A stretch of 64,000 nt of DNA from Bacilli bacterium (GCA_045652765.1 JAZOLG010000020.1:69633-133632); one strand, 5' to 3'. Shown: positions 46,660 through 55,725, numbered from the stretch's first letter. Program-made: numbers and translations. Notes: a model not told the origin generated them from the letters alone.

Positions 46660-47782
46660 GAGAGTAGATGAATTTAAGGAATTTTTTGGAAACAAAAGAG
46701 TGGGATTAATTACTAATCCAACAGGAATTGATTCTAATTTTAAATCAAGTATTGATATCTTACTTGAAAAAACAAATTTAGTAGCATTATTTTCACCAGA
46801 ACATGGTGTGCGTGCAAGTATTCAAGCAGGTATGCATTTACCAACATATATTGATGAAGAAACTGGTTTAACAGTTTATAGTTTATATGGTAAATCTAAA
46901 AAACCAACTGAAGAAATGATGAATGCTATTGATGTAATGACAATCGATGTACAAGATTGTGGTTCAAGATATTATACTTTTATTTATACAATGGCATATT
47001 GCATGATGGCTTGTGCAGATTATAAAAAACCATTTGTTGTATTTGATCGTCCAAATCCAATTGGACTTGAAAAAGTAGAAGGTAATATTTTAGATATTAA
47101 ATATCGTTCATTTGTTGGATATTATCCAATTCCTCAACGTCATGGTATGACAATGGGTGAACTTGCTAAATTATTCAATGAGGAATTTGGTATCGGCTGC
47201 GAACTACATGTAATTGAAATGAAAAATTACGAAGCTTGGATGAGCTTTGAAGATACAAAATTACCTTGGGTAATCCCAACACCAAATATGCCAACTATTA
47301 ATACATGTTATGCATATAATACAACTTGTGTTTTCGAAGGAACTAATGTTGCAGAAGGACGTGGTACTACAACACCATTCGAAATTGTTGGTGCGCCATG
47401 GATTAAGAGTGAAGAATTCGCTAGACAACTTAATGCCTATAATTTAGAAGGTGTATACTTTAGACCACAATATTTTACACCAACATTCTCTAAATATCAA
47501 GGCGAACTTTGTGGTGGTGTTTATGTACATATAACTGATCGTGAAAAATTTAACACAATGAAAGCAAGTTGGGTTATGTTACATGTTATTAGAACTGAAT
47601 ATGCTGAACATTTCAAAGTAAATAAACCTTATGTTGAAGGACGTCCATCTTTATTTGAATTTGAAGTTGGTTGTGATTATATGATTGAAAATAGTTATTC
47701 ACTAGAAAAACAACTTGAAATCTTAGATCAAGATGCGGAAACATTTAAGAAAATAAGAAAACCTTACATGATTTATAAATAG
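46634..47782 (+). CDS. namZ: DUF1343 family exo-beta-N-acetylmuramidase (NamZ/YbbC-like), cytoplasmic
   Basis: RVGLITNPTGIDSNFKSSIDILL...LFSPEHGVRASIQAG is the DUF1343 N-terminal signature. No signal peptide. I prefer the ATG at 46634 (AAGGAG 7 nt upstream) over the tracked TTG at 46628. Confidence 0.75.
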   Translation: MKKTILGIERVDEFKEFFGNKRVGLITNPTGIDSNFKSSIDILLEKTNLVALFSPEHGVRASIQAGMHLPTYIDEETGLTVYSLYGKSKKPTEEMMNAIDVMTIDVQDCGSRYYTFIYTMAYCMMACADYKKPFVVFDRPNPIGLEKVEGNILDIKYRSFVGYYPIPQRHGMTMGELAKLFNEEFGIGCELHVIEMKNYEAWMSFEDTKLPWVIPTPNMPTINTCYAYNTTCVFEGTNVAEGRGTTTPFEIVGAPWIKSEEFARQLNAYNLEGVYFRPQYFTPTFSKYQGELCGGVYVHITDREKFNTMKASWVMLHVIRTEYAEHFKVNKPYVEGRPSLFEFEVGCDYMIENSYSLEKQLEILDQDAETFKKIRKPYMIYK

Positions 47783-47790
47783 GAGTTTTT

Positions 47791-48837
47791 ATGGAAAAAC
47801 TAAAAGGCATTTCGGTATACGTAGGTCTTGATGACTACCCTATCGAAGAAACGCTTAAATATTTAGAACTAGCAAAAGAATTTGGGGTTGATTTTGTTTT
47901 TACATCAGCTCATATTCCTGAGGCTGATATCGAAACTTCATTTCAAAAATTACTAGATAAAGCAGATGAATTAGAATTACCTTTAGTAGTTGATGTTTCA
48001 AAAAAAGTAATGGATAAATTCAAACTACCTAAATCAATTGGTGCTTTAAGATTAGATTATGGTTTTACTATTGAAGAAGTTGTTGAATATTCAAATACTT
48101 TACCATACTTAATTGAACTAAATGCTAGTAATTTAACTAGAAATTATTTAGAAAGATTGAAAGCTTTAAATGCTAATTTTAATAATATTCGTTTAAGTTA
48201 TAACTTCTATCCTAAACGTTATACAGGAATGGATATATTAAATGTTAAAAGACTTAATGAGTTATATAGAGAATATGGTTTAAAAGTATTAGCATATATT
48301 CCATCTAATAGTAGTAAGAGACCTCCGTTATACGATGGTCTCCCAAGTGTTGAAACGCATCGTGATTTAGATATATGTAAAGCGTCTTACGAGTTATTTG
48401 CTGTTGGATGTGATGGTGTTTGTATAGGGGATGCATATATTAATCAAAGTGATTTTGAAAAATTAAATTCACTTAGTGATATATATGAAATACCAATCAA
48501 AATATATAATAATTTATCCCATGAAGAATTGGAAATTTTAAATGTGGTACACACATTTAGAATTGATGAAAGCAGTTATTTAAAACGTTCATCAAAATCA
48601 AGAGGAGTAAAAATTACTCCAAATAATACAACTTGTATTAAACCATATATGGTAACTATTGATAATGAATTATATAAGCGTTATACAGGTGAAGTTAGTA
48701 TAGCGCTAAAAGAAATGAATAATAAAGGGTTTGTAAATGTCGTTGGTGTTGTGTGTGATGATGTACATACATTGATTGATTTGATTAAACCAGGTAGTAA
48801 ATTTAAATTTAAAATTTGTGGATTTATAGGAGAATAA
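47791..48837 (+). CDS. mupG: DUF871 family 6-phospho-N-acetylmuramidase (MupG-like)
   Basis: GISVYVGLD...YLELAKEFGVDFVFTSAHIPEA resembles the DUF871/MupG N-terminal barrel. Length 348 aa matches. Confidence 0.7.
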   Translation: MEKLKGISVYVGLDDYPIEETLKYLELAKEFGVDFVFTSAHIPEADIETSFQKLLDKADELELPLVVDVSKKVMDKFKLPKSIGALRLDYGFTIEEVVEYSNTLPYLIELNASNLTRNYLERLKALNANFNNIRLSYNFYPKRYTGMDILNVKRLNELYREYGLKVLAYIPSNSSKRPPLYDGLPSVETHRDLDICKASYELFAVGCDGVCIGDAYINQSDFEKLNSLSDIYEIPIKIYNNLSHEELEILNVVHTFRIDESSYLKRSSKSRGVKITPNNTTCIKPYMVTIDNELYKRYTGEVSIALKEMNNKGFVNVVGVVCDDVHTLIDLIKPGSKFKFKICGFIGE

Positions 48838-48838
48838 T

Positions 48839-49774
48839 ATGAAACCATATTTTTTGTGTATGGAATCAGGTGGAACAAAAACGTTAACTTGTGGTATTGA
48901 TTTAGATGGTAATATTATTTATGAATATCATAATGGTGTTGGAAGTCCTGCTGTTGATTATGATTTAGCTCTTAAAAATATTTTTGAAGGTATTGAAAAT
49001 GTTTATAATACTTTAAAAAACCAATATGAACTTGTTTTTATTGAACTTGGCATTTCAGGGCTTGGTAGAGTTGATAACGTTGAATCTTTAAAAAATGACA
49101 TACACAATAAATATGGTGTTTCGGTTGATATTGTGACTGATGCTGAGATGAGTCTTCATTCAATATTAAAAAATGAAATTGATTATGGTATTTTAGTTGT
49201 CAGTGGGACGGGTAATGCGACTTGTGCAATCAACAATAATAAATTTATGATTGTTGGTGGTGGTGGCCAGTTACTAGATGAAGAAGGATCAGGATATTCA
49301 TTAATTCATAAATCCGTTTTAGAAATTAAAAGAAAATATGAACATGGTATAGAATATGATGAATATGATTTAGCCTTATTAAATTGGACTAAGTGTGTTG
49401 ATTTCCCGAATCTGAAAACATACTTTTATGCTCATACTAAATCAGAAATGGCATCTTTAGTATACAATGTTATGGATATTGTAAATAATCAAGATAACAA
49501 TACAAAACTTTACAAAATAGCCAAAAGCAATGTTCAAAAACAAGGCTTTTATTTAGCTACCCAAGTAACTACAATAACTAATACTCTAAAAATCCCTAAT
49601 GGCGCGATTTTGGGCCTTGTTGGCGGTTTTTGGCGTAATAATTCGGTTTTACTGGAAAGTTTTGAAATTAACTTAAAAAATAATAATAAAGATTTTAAAA
49701 TCGTAAATGTTGATTCTAATGCAGTAATGGGTTGTTATTATCTTGCAATTAGAAATTGGAGAAAAACATGTTAA
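48839..49774 (+). CDS. BadF/BadG/BcrA/BcrD-type ATPase family sugar kinase (GlcNAc/MurNAc kinase candidate)
   Basis: N-terminal ESGGTKT phosphate-1 motif and VVSGTGNA motif, 311 aa. Sits between the mupG-like and anmK genes. Confidence 0.6.
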   Translation: MKPYFLCMESGGTKTLTCGIDLDGNIIYEYHNGVGSPAVDYDLALKNIFEGIENVYNTLKNQYELVFIELGISGLGRVDNVESLKNDIHNKYGVSVDIVTDAEMSLHSILKNEIDYGILVVSGTGNATCAINNNKFMIVGGGGQLLDEEGSGYSLIHKSVLEIKRKYEHGIEYDEYDLALLNWTKCVDFPNLKTYFYAHTKSEMASLVYNVMDIVNNQDNNTKLYKIAKSNVQKQGFYLATQVTTITNTLKIPNGAILGLVGGFWRNNSVLLESFEINLKNNNKDFKIVNVDSNAVMGCYYLAIRNWRKTC

Positions 49775-50919
49775 TTAATGTACAAGATAAAGTATATAGT
49801 ATTGGTTTAATGAGTGGAACATCACTTGATGGTATTGATGTTTGTCTTGCGAGTCATCAAAACAATCATCATGAATTAATCGAATTCAGAAGTTATTCTT
49901 ATAGTGAGTCGCTAAAAGAAAAGATCTTAAAAGCTTCAAAGTTAGATACATCAAATGTTAGACTTATTTGTTCTTTAAATAAAGAACTCGGAATGGCATA
50001 TGTTGATGCTATTAACAAATTTTTAAAAGATACAAATACTAACATCGATGATATATCATTTATTGCGAATCATGGACAAACTATTTGGCATAATCCAGAT
50101 ATGTTGGATGGAACATTTCCATCAACACTCCAAATTGGTGATGCATCATATATAAGTTATACTTTTAATAAAACAGTGGTTTTTGATTTTAGAAGTCTTG
50201 ATATATCTGCAGGAGGCTGCGGAGCACCACTCGTACCAGTTATTGATTATTTGTTATTTAAAGATAAAGCACCAGCTATACTTTTAAATATTGGTGGTAT
50301 TAGTAATATTACATATATACCAAAATCAAAAAAACAAGAAGATGTTGTGGCTTTTGACACAGGACCTGGTAATATGTTAATTGATGGCTTAATGATGAGA
50401 CTTTACAATATTCCATATGATGAAGATGGCCGAGTTGCGTTAAAAGGAAAAGTGTCACAAGAGTTACTTAATATTTTAATGCAAGATGAATATTACGATT
50501 TAGACTATCCAAAGTCAACTGGAAGAGAAAAGTATAATGAAGCATATATAGACAATATTATAAATTTATCCAATGAATTAAAACTAAAAAAAGAAGATAT
50601 TATTAGAACTGTTACTATGTTGACAGCGTCTGCTATTAAATATCAAATAAAGAAATTTTTCAAAGATTTTGATGGAGTTTTAATCCCAGCTGGTGGTGGA
50701 TGTAATAATCCAGTTATAATGAAAGATTTAGAATCAAATGATTATCAATTACAAAAGATCGATGATTATAATATATCTGCTGATGGAAAAGAAGCATATG
50801 CTTTTTCGATATTAGGATATCTTCGACTTACTAATCAAGCTAGTAACTTAAGAAGTGTTACTGGAAGTAAAGATAACTTATCACTTGGTAGTATAATTTT
50901 ACCGCCAGTTATTAAATAG
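49768..50919 (+). CDS. anmK: Anhydro-N-acetylmuramic acid kinase
   Basis: IGLMSGTSLDGIDV signature near the N-terminus, FDTGPGNMLID, and about 380 aa. I prefer the ATG at 49768 (GGAG 6 nt upstream) over the tracked TTG at 49756. Confidence 0.9.
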   Translation: MLINVQDKVYSIGLMSGTSLDGIDVCLASHQNNHHELIEFRSYSYSESLKEKILKASKLDTSNVRLICSLNKELGMAYVDAINKFLKDTNTNIDDISFIANHGQTIWHNPDMLDGTFPSTLQIGDASYISYTFNKTVVFDFRSLDISAGGCGAPLVPVIDYLLFKDKAPAILLNIGGISNITYIPKSKKQEDVVAFDTGPGNMLIDGLMMRLYNIPYDEDGRVALKGKVSQELLNILMQDEYYDLDYPKSTGREKYNEAYIDNIINLSNELKLKKEDIIRTVTMLTASAIKYQIKKFFKDFDGVLIPAGGGCNNPVIMKDLESNDYQLQKIDDYNISADGKEAYAFSILGYLRLTNQASNLRSVTGSKDNLSLGSIILPPVIK

Positions 50920-50928
50920 GAGAATAAA

Positions 50929-51834
50929 ATGAGTATTAATATAAAAAATATTACAACAGAAGGAAGAAACGAACTAACAAGAGGAATTGATCAATTAAAT
51001 TCTTTAGAAATTGTTCGTTTGATTAATAATGAAGATAAAACAGTACCACTAAGTGTAGAATGTGCACTTGAACAAATTGCGGCTTTAGTAGATGCAATTG
51101 TGGAAAAATTAAGAGTTGGTGGAAGACTTATTTATATGGGTGCTGGAACAAGCGGAAGAATTGGTCTTTTAGATGCTGTTGAGTGCCCTCCAACTTATGG
51201 TGTATCGGATGAGCAAGTAATGTGTTTACTAGCAGGAGGACGCGATGCATTCTCAAAAGCAGTAGAAGGTGCCGAAGATAGTAAAACATTAGCAGTTGAA
51301 GATTTAGATTTTGTTAATGTTAACGAAAAAGACGTGATTGTTGGTATTGCAGCTAGCGGAAGAACACCATATGTTATTTCTGGTATTGAATATGCTAAAA
51401 GTAAAGGTTGTATAACTGGCTGTATTGTTAATGCAAAAAACAGCGTTATGGCAACACTTGTTGATTTTCCAGTAGAGGCTGTAACAGGCTCTGAAGTAAT
51501 AAGTGGATCTACGCGTATGAAATCAGGAACTGCCCAAAAGCTTATTTGTAATATGATTTCAACAGCAACAATGGTTAGACTTGGACACGTATATAAAAAT
51601 TTAATGATTGATTTAAAAGCAACAAATGAAAAATTAGTTGCTCGTCAACTTGGAATAATTGCTGAAGTATGTGAATGTGAAACAGATAAAGCTAATGAAC
51701 TATTACAAAAATATGGAACTGTTAAAAAAGCAATTTTTGCATATCTTGCAAATATTGATTGTCCAAAACAAGCTGAAGAAATTTTAGCAAGAAATGATAA
51801 TCACATTCAAAAAGCATTAAAGGAGATTAAATAA
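50929..51834 (+). CDS. murQ: N-acetylmuramic acid 6-phosphate etherase
   Basis: TEGRNELTRGIDQL, SIS-domain GRLIYMGAGTSGRIGLLDAVECPPTYG and GSTRMKSGTAQK motifs. 301 aa. Confidence 0.92.
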   Translation: MSINIKNITTEGRNELTRGIDQLNSLEIVRLINNEDKTVPLSVECALEQIAALVDAIVEKLRVGGRLIYMGAGTSGRIGLLDAVECPPTYGVSDEQVMCLLAGGRDAFSKAVEGAEDSKTLAVEDLDFVNVNEKDVIVGIAASGRTPYVISGIEYAKSKGCITGCIVNAKNSVMATLVDFPVEAVTGSEVISGSTRMKSGTAQKLICNMISTATMVRLGHVYKNLMIDLKATNEKLVARQLGIIAEVCECETDKANELLQKYGTVKKAIFAYLANIDCPKQAEEILARNDNHIQKALKEIK

Positions 51835-52568
51835 TGATTAAACTTGTTGAACTTAAAAAAGAATATACATTACGTGGTATCTATAATGAAGTAGATAATT
51901 CAAGAGGTTTAGTAGTAATGTTCCATGGTTTTACTGGACATTTAAATGAAAATGGATATTTATTTAAAGTATTATCAGATGAACTTGCAAAAAATGGTTT
52001 TAGTTCACTTCGCTTTGACTTTATGGGAAGTGGAATGAGTGATGGATACTTCAAAGATATGACATTTAGAACAGAACTAACTGATGCAATTAATATTATA
52101 GAATATGCAATAGAAATTAAAAAAGATCAACCATTAATCGTACTAGGATTCTCAATGGGTGGCGCAGTAGCTGGATGTATGAGTAGTCATTTCCAAAATA
52201 GAATTGACAAACTAATTCTTTGTGCACCAGCAGGATGTATGGATGAACATGCAAGAGCATATTTTGAAAGATCTACAAGATGGGTAGATGACAGAAATAT
52301 TGATATGGGTGGATATTTAATGTGCTTAGATTTCGCCGATTCATTTAATGGATTAGATTTATTTGGTGGCATTGAAAACTTTACAAATCCGGTATGTATT
52401 ATTCATGGTGAAGCAGACCAATCCGTTCCAATTGAATATGGTAGAAAATATGCATCAATCTATAAGAATGCTGAATTCCATCAAATTGATGGTGCATCAC
52501 ACTGTTATACAGATGTAAAACATAGAAAACAATTTAATGAACATGTTATTAATTTCTTAAACAAATAG
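51834..52568 (+). CDS. Alpha/beta hydrolase (esterase/lipase fold)
   Basis: Nucleophile elbow GFSMGG, HG oxyanion motif (MFHGFTG), C-terminal His (GASHCY). TAATG overlap with the murQ stop. Confidence 0.7.
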   Translation: MIKLVELKKEYTLRGIYNEVDNSRGLVVMFHGFTGHLNENGYLFKVLSDELAKNGFSSLRFDFMGSGMSDGYFKDMTFRTELTDAINIIEYAIEIKKDQPLIVLGFSMGGAVAGCMSSHFQNRIDKLILCAPAGCMDEHARAYFERSTRWVDDRNIDMGGYLMCLDFADSFNGLDLFGGIENFTNPVCIIHGEADQSVPIEYGRKYASIYKNAEFHQIDGASHCYTDVKHRKQFNEHVINFLNK

Positions 52569-52606
52569 AGTACAGCACATTAATAATAATAAAGTTCTGG
52601 TGAAAA

Positions 52607-53674
52607 ATGAAAAAATTATTTCTTATTATTATCATTTTATTATTTAGTTTTACTCTAATTGCATGTGATACTAACAAGTCAATAGAACAAGCAGACATCG
52701 ATAATAGTGATTTAGGTTTGGTTATCGAAAAGGAAATTGAATTAGGTGAAGAACGAGAATCAGTTATTTTAAATATCGATGGTACAGAAGTTTTAGTTGA
52801 TGATAATTATTCATTTAGAGAACTATATCGTATTATACCTGAATTTAATAACAATAATTCTGGATTATATTCATATGATATTGAATATAGAATAGATGAT
52901 GAAATTCCTAATTACACCAATGTAAATGTCTATAATTATAATGAATATCAAGATAATTATCAAATAGAAAGAACATATGAAGTAGCAAGATCAAAAGATC
53001 AAAATTCAAAACACATTTATAAAGCTGAAACTTATTATTTTAATCAAGTTGACACTGCCAATCTTTATCAATTTATCAAACACACTTTTGAAAAAAGACT
53101 TTACAAAAATGAAATGTCTTTTTGTGGAACTGTGGTTAATACATTTAAATCAAATCCACATACTCTTTATTCTAATAAAAATATTCCTACAAGTCCAGAA
53201 AGGGAAACTGATTTGTTGTCTATGACACTAAAGTCTCAAAGAGCTCAAAAGTTAAAAATATTGATGCTATTTGAACAGTTTGATTCGTTTGAATTCGAAG
53301 GAAATACATATGAATTCAATAGTTATATTACATCAAATTTTAAAATATACGATAATTATATTGTTTTCAAAGAAATAACACCATTTTACAAAGGTGAGTG
53401 GATCGCAAAATCTGAGTGGTACTATTGGTACCAAAGTTGTTTGAATAATGATTTATTGGTTACGCAAGAAGCATATTACAATATTTCGACTGGAAAAATT
53501 GATCATGTCAGAGTATATGGTAAAATAGTTGATTTTTTCCATTATTCTAGATTCGAGCCTTCTACGATTGAAATTGATATAAAATTATACATTCATAATT
53601 TTAAAATAGATGAATACGATAAGAAAGTTTCTCGTTTAGTTAGATACATTAAATTGAAGTCAAATAATTTATAA
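52607..53674 (+). CDS. Lipoprotein of unknown function
   Basis: Lipobox FTLIAC. Asn/Tyr-rich 355-aa protein with no recognised domain. No terminator separates it from the upstream gene. Confidence 0.5.
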   Translation: MKKLFLIIIILLFSFTLIACDTNKSIEQADIDNSDLGLVIEKEIELGEERESVILNIDGTEVLVDDNYSFRELYRIIPEFNNNNSGLYSYDIEYRIDDEIPNYTNVNVYNYNEYQDNYQIERTYEVARSKDQNSKHIYKAETYYFNQVDTANLYQFIKHTFEKRLYKNEMSFCGTVVNTFKSNPHTLYSNKNIPTSPERETDLLSMTLKSQRAQKLKILMLFEQFDSFEFEGNTYEFNSYITSNFKIYDNYIVFKEITPFYKGEWIAKSEWYYWYQSCLNNDLLVTQEAYYNISTGKIDHVRVYGKIVDFFHYSRFEPSTIEIDIKLYIHNFKIDEYDKKVSRLVRYIKLKSNNL

Positions 53675-53676
53675 TA

Positions 53677-53708
53677 AAAACAACCTCATTCATTTGAATG
53701 AGGTTTTT
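53677..53708. terminator. Bidirectional terminator between convergent genes
   Basis: AACCTCATTC / GAATGAGGTT stem flanked by an A-run and a T-run. Confidence 0.8.
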
Positions 53709-53711
53709 GTT

Positions 53712-54668
53712 TTAAGATTCAATTGATATTTTAATATCACCAGTATCAGTAGTAATTGTGCATAATCCACCACTCATAACATCAGGTAAATCAACATCAC
53801 CAGTATCAGTATCATACTTAAATAATTTATCACTAAGAAGCGTACCACATACATCGCCAGTATCAGTTTTAATATATAGTTCTTGTGCATCTGATTTATT
53901 AAATAAAATATCACCAGTTGAGCGTTCTATTACAAATTTTGAACCGATTACATTATTAAGAACAATATCGCCAGTTGATGCATTTGATATTAATTCACTT
54001 GTTAAAACATTAGTTAAAGTAGTTTTTCCTGTAGATGAATTTAATTTAATGTTTGAACTTATAATGTCATTTAAAGTAACATTACCAGTTGATGTATTAA
54101 GTTCAATAATATTACTGTTAATACCAGTTAATTGAATATTACCAGTTGATAAATCAATTTTAGTATATTCGCATCCACTAGCATGACAGCTAATATCTCC
54201 AGTAGAAGCAGAAATGTTAATAGTTTTAAAACTAAATTCTTTTGGTAATTTTATGTCTCCCGTATCTTCGTTAATAATGATTGAATCATATGTATTTTTA
54301 TTAAGATATACTTTAATTATTGGTGTTTTAAAATTAAAACCAATATAATCAAACCATTTACGTTCATTTGTAACATCAATAGTTAATTTGCCATTCAATA
54401 CTTTTACTTCGTGAATTTCCTTTGTTGATTCAAAACATTCTACTTTATTTAATTCATCACTAAATATAAATTCAATGTCCGCAGTATTTGTATTAATTAC
54501 TATTTCATTAAATGAGTCATTTAATTGATGAGTATTAGTTGTATATGAAGAATTATCTAATTTTGAAAAATCGAATTTATTATTGATTAGGACAATTAGA
54601 GCTAAAATTAAACCTATTAGAATTAATATTCCACCAACAATAAATAAACAATTTCTTTTCTTTGTCAT
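53712..54668 (-). CDS. DUF4097 family beta-helix protein with N-terminal TM
   Basis: Repeated S/TTGD-I/V units (TGDIKLP, STGDISC, STGNIQL, STGNVTL, STGKTTL, STGDIVL, STGDILF, DTGDVCG, DTGDVDL, DTGDIKI). TM near the N-terminus. Confidence 0.7.
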   Translation of the reverse strand: MTKKRNCLFIVGGILILIGLILALIVLINNKFDFSKLDNSSYTTNTHQLNDSFNEIVINTNTADIEFIFSDELNKVECFESTKEIHEVKVLNGKLTIDVTNERKWFDYIGFNFKTPIIKVYLNKNTYDSIIINEDTGDIKLPKEFSFKTINISASTGDISCHASGCEYTKIDLSTGNIQLTGINSNIIELNTSTGNVTLNDIISSNIKLNSSTGKTTLTNVLTSELISNASTGDIVLNNVIGSKFVIERSTGDILFNKSDAQELYIKTDTGDVCGTLLSDKLFKYDTDTGDVDLPDVMSGGLCTITTDTGDIKISIES

Positions 54669-55273
54669 TATTCCTTCTCCTTTCTAATAAATATTTTTTT
54701 GATTGATAATATTACATATTTACCAAACTTTAAAAGAAGTTTTGTTAATGAAAGAATGCCATAATAACAGAATATAGCTAGACCACTACAAACTAAACTT
54801 AGTGCTATTAGAAAAAGTCCAGCAGCATTATTTGGTGTAAATAAAGATATAATTCCCAATATCGTACCAGCAAATCCACAACAAATTAAAGTACCAAAGA
54901 TTGCCCATAACGAGATGACAACAGACCAAAAACTGATATATAATGAAAATATCACAGATAATAGAGAAACTAACAGTGTAAACCAAATTGGAAAACCTAA
55001 TATGATTAAAATATATACCCATGGTTTAAATTTATTTTTTGGTTTAAATTTTATTTTCGCAAGCTTAATAAGAGATGTATCTTTTAGTATTTCATTAACT
55101 ACATTATCAATGCTGCCGAGTTTAGATACAGCATCTTCCTCAGGTAAACCATCTTCAATGTAGTCATCAATAATTTCACTATAAAAATTTATTCTATCAC
55201 TTAATTCTTGGGCCGGAAGAAGTGAAAGCTTTTGTTTTAAAGATTCTATAAATTCATTCTTATTCATTGTCAC
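54668..55273 (-). CDS. DUF1700 (HAAS-type) membrane protein
   Basis: N-terminus MNKNEFIESLKQKLSLLPAQELSDRINFYSEIIDDYIEDGLPEEDAVSKLGS, then three or four TMs. Overlaps both neighbours. Confidence 0.75.
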   Translation of the reverse strand: MTMNKNEFIESLKQKLSLLPAQELSDRINFYSEIIDDYIEDGLPEEDAVSKLGSIDNVVNEILKDTSLIKLAKIKFKPKNKFKPWVYILIILGFPIWFTLLVSLLSVIFSLYISFWSVVISLWAIFGTLICCGFAGTILGIISLFTPNNAAGLFLIALSLVCSGLAIFCYYGILSLTKLLLKFGKYVILSIKKIFIRKEKE

Positions 55274-55580
55274 TATCTCCTTTTGTAATAAATTTATATA
55301 TTGACATTACTTCATGCCATTCTTTTTTAAATTCATCAATTTTTACTAAACCAGCACTAGTAATACGGTAATACTTTCTAAGCCTTCCATTGTGTTCTAC
55401 GTTATATACAGTTAACATCTTAGCACTTTCTAATCTTTTTAAAATGGTATATAATGTTGATTCGGTCATTTCAATATATGGTTTGACATCTTTAATTATT
55501 TGATAACCATATGAATCATGATCTTTGATAGAAGCTAACACACAAACATCTAAAATACCACGTTTTAATTGAGTATCCAT
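55260..55580 (-). CDS. PadR family transcriptional regulator
   Basis: Winged-helix core GILDVCVLASIKDHDSYGYQIIKDV...STLYTILKRLE...GRLRKYYRITSAG. 106 aa. Confidence 0.9.
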   Translation of the reverse strand: MDTQLKRGILDVCVLASIKDHDSYGYQIIKDVKPYIEMTESTLYTILKRLESAKMLTVYNVEHNGRLRKYYRITSAGLVKIDEFKKEWHEVMSIYKFITKGDSDNE

Positions 55581-55725
55581 ATATACTCCTCCTTACATAA
55601 TACATCATATCACGAAGTATTAATAAACGTCAAATCAAAAGATAAGATTAAATACTTTAAAGATTAGTTGAATTAATCAAGAAAATAGTGTATAATAAAT
55701 AAGTAAAGAATCTAAGGAGTACCTT

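Noticed and set aside
6817-53674. The glycan locus as a horizontally acquired island or mobile element.
   Set aside because: There is no integrase, transposase, flanking direct repeat or tRNA gene, and no obvious compositional break at the borders by eye. Whole-genome comparison would be needed to assess acquisition.
6817-53674. Interpreting the locus as a chitin or host N-glycan utilisation system.
   Set aside because: No GH18/GH19 chitinase, LPMO, GH85 or sialidase motif was recognised. Four MurNAc-specific functions (NamZ-like, MupG-like, AnmK, MurQ) point to peptidoglycan. Mixed substrates cannot be excluded.
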